Virus record (IMG/VR): IMGVR_UViG_3300037076_000071
Span: 1-53,108 of that record
Direction: 5' to 3' (one strand)
Length of the DNA stretch: 53,108 bases
Source: a virus
Taxonomy: Duplodnaviria > Caudoviricetes
Part shown: in pieces, positions 53,100-53,108 of the stretch
How positions within the stretch are numbered: position 1 is the stretch's first letter
Layout: each line of letters begins with the position of its first letter
Notes under the pieces: model-generated
The model's database searches: none
The model's input: the letters and a program-made list of their open reading frames with translations, nothing else
Told to the model about the DNA's origin: nothing
Position numbers and translations under genes: made by a program

Positions 53100-53108
53100 G
53101 AGGGATCG

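Noticed and set aside
1-53108. Genome-wide stop-codon reassignment
   Set aside because: Conserved genes end normally in TGA (gp4, tape-measure-like), TAG (gp48) and TAA (gp26, gp32) with standard coding density; only one in-frame TGA case seen

Overview
53 kb segment of a large T4-like (Tevenvirinae-related, probably jumbo) myophage genome. The right part (35.1-49.8 kb) holds recognisable T4 core genes: gp48, gp4, gp2, gp54-like, gp26, gp51-like, a 1262-aa tape-measure-like protein with a GH73 glucosaminidase domain, gp32, gp59 and gp33. Free-standing GIY-YIG, HNH and NUMOD3 homing endonuclease genes sit among them. The left 33 kb and the last 3 kb are dense accessory regions of mostly small hypothetical genes. 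They also carry a Tad1-family anti-Thoeris sponge, Pth2, a macrodomain, radical SAM, PRTase, NDT-like, MazG-like, SprT-like, amidase and cohesin-domain proteins. Several small proteins resemble families I associate with Acidobacteriota (inference). The RNA complement is the most unusual part: four tRNAs (2x Cys-GCA, Thr-CGT, Thr-GGT), a circularly permuted two-piece tmRNA (tag ATETFALPLAA), a tRNA-like RNA with hairpin insertions in both the D-loop and anticodon loop, a ~570-nt highly structured non-coding region with long-range alternative pairings, and a ~180-nt promoter-driven structured RNA. Other notable signals: apparently leaderless early and late promoters throughout, a 6-copy palindromic operator, a gp26/gp51 -1 slippery site, an iteron-like repeat region at a strand switch, and several singly disrupted accessory genes. 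All family calls are by-eye motif recognition; no database search was run.
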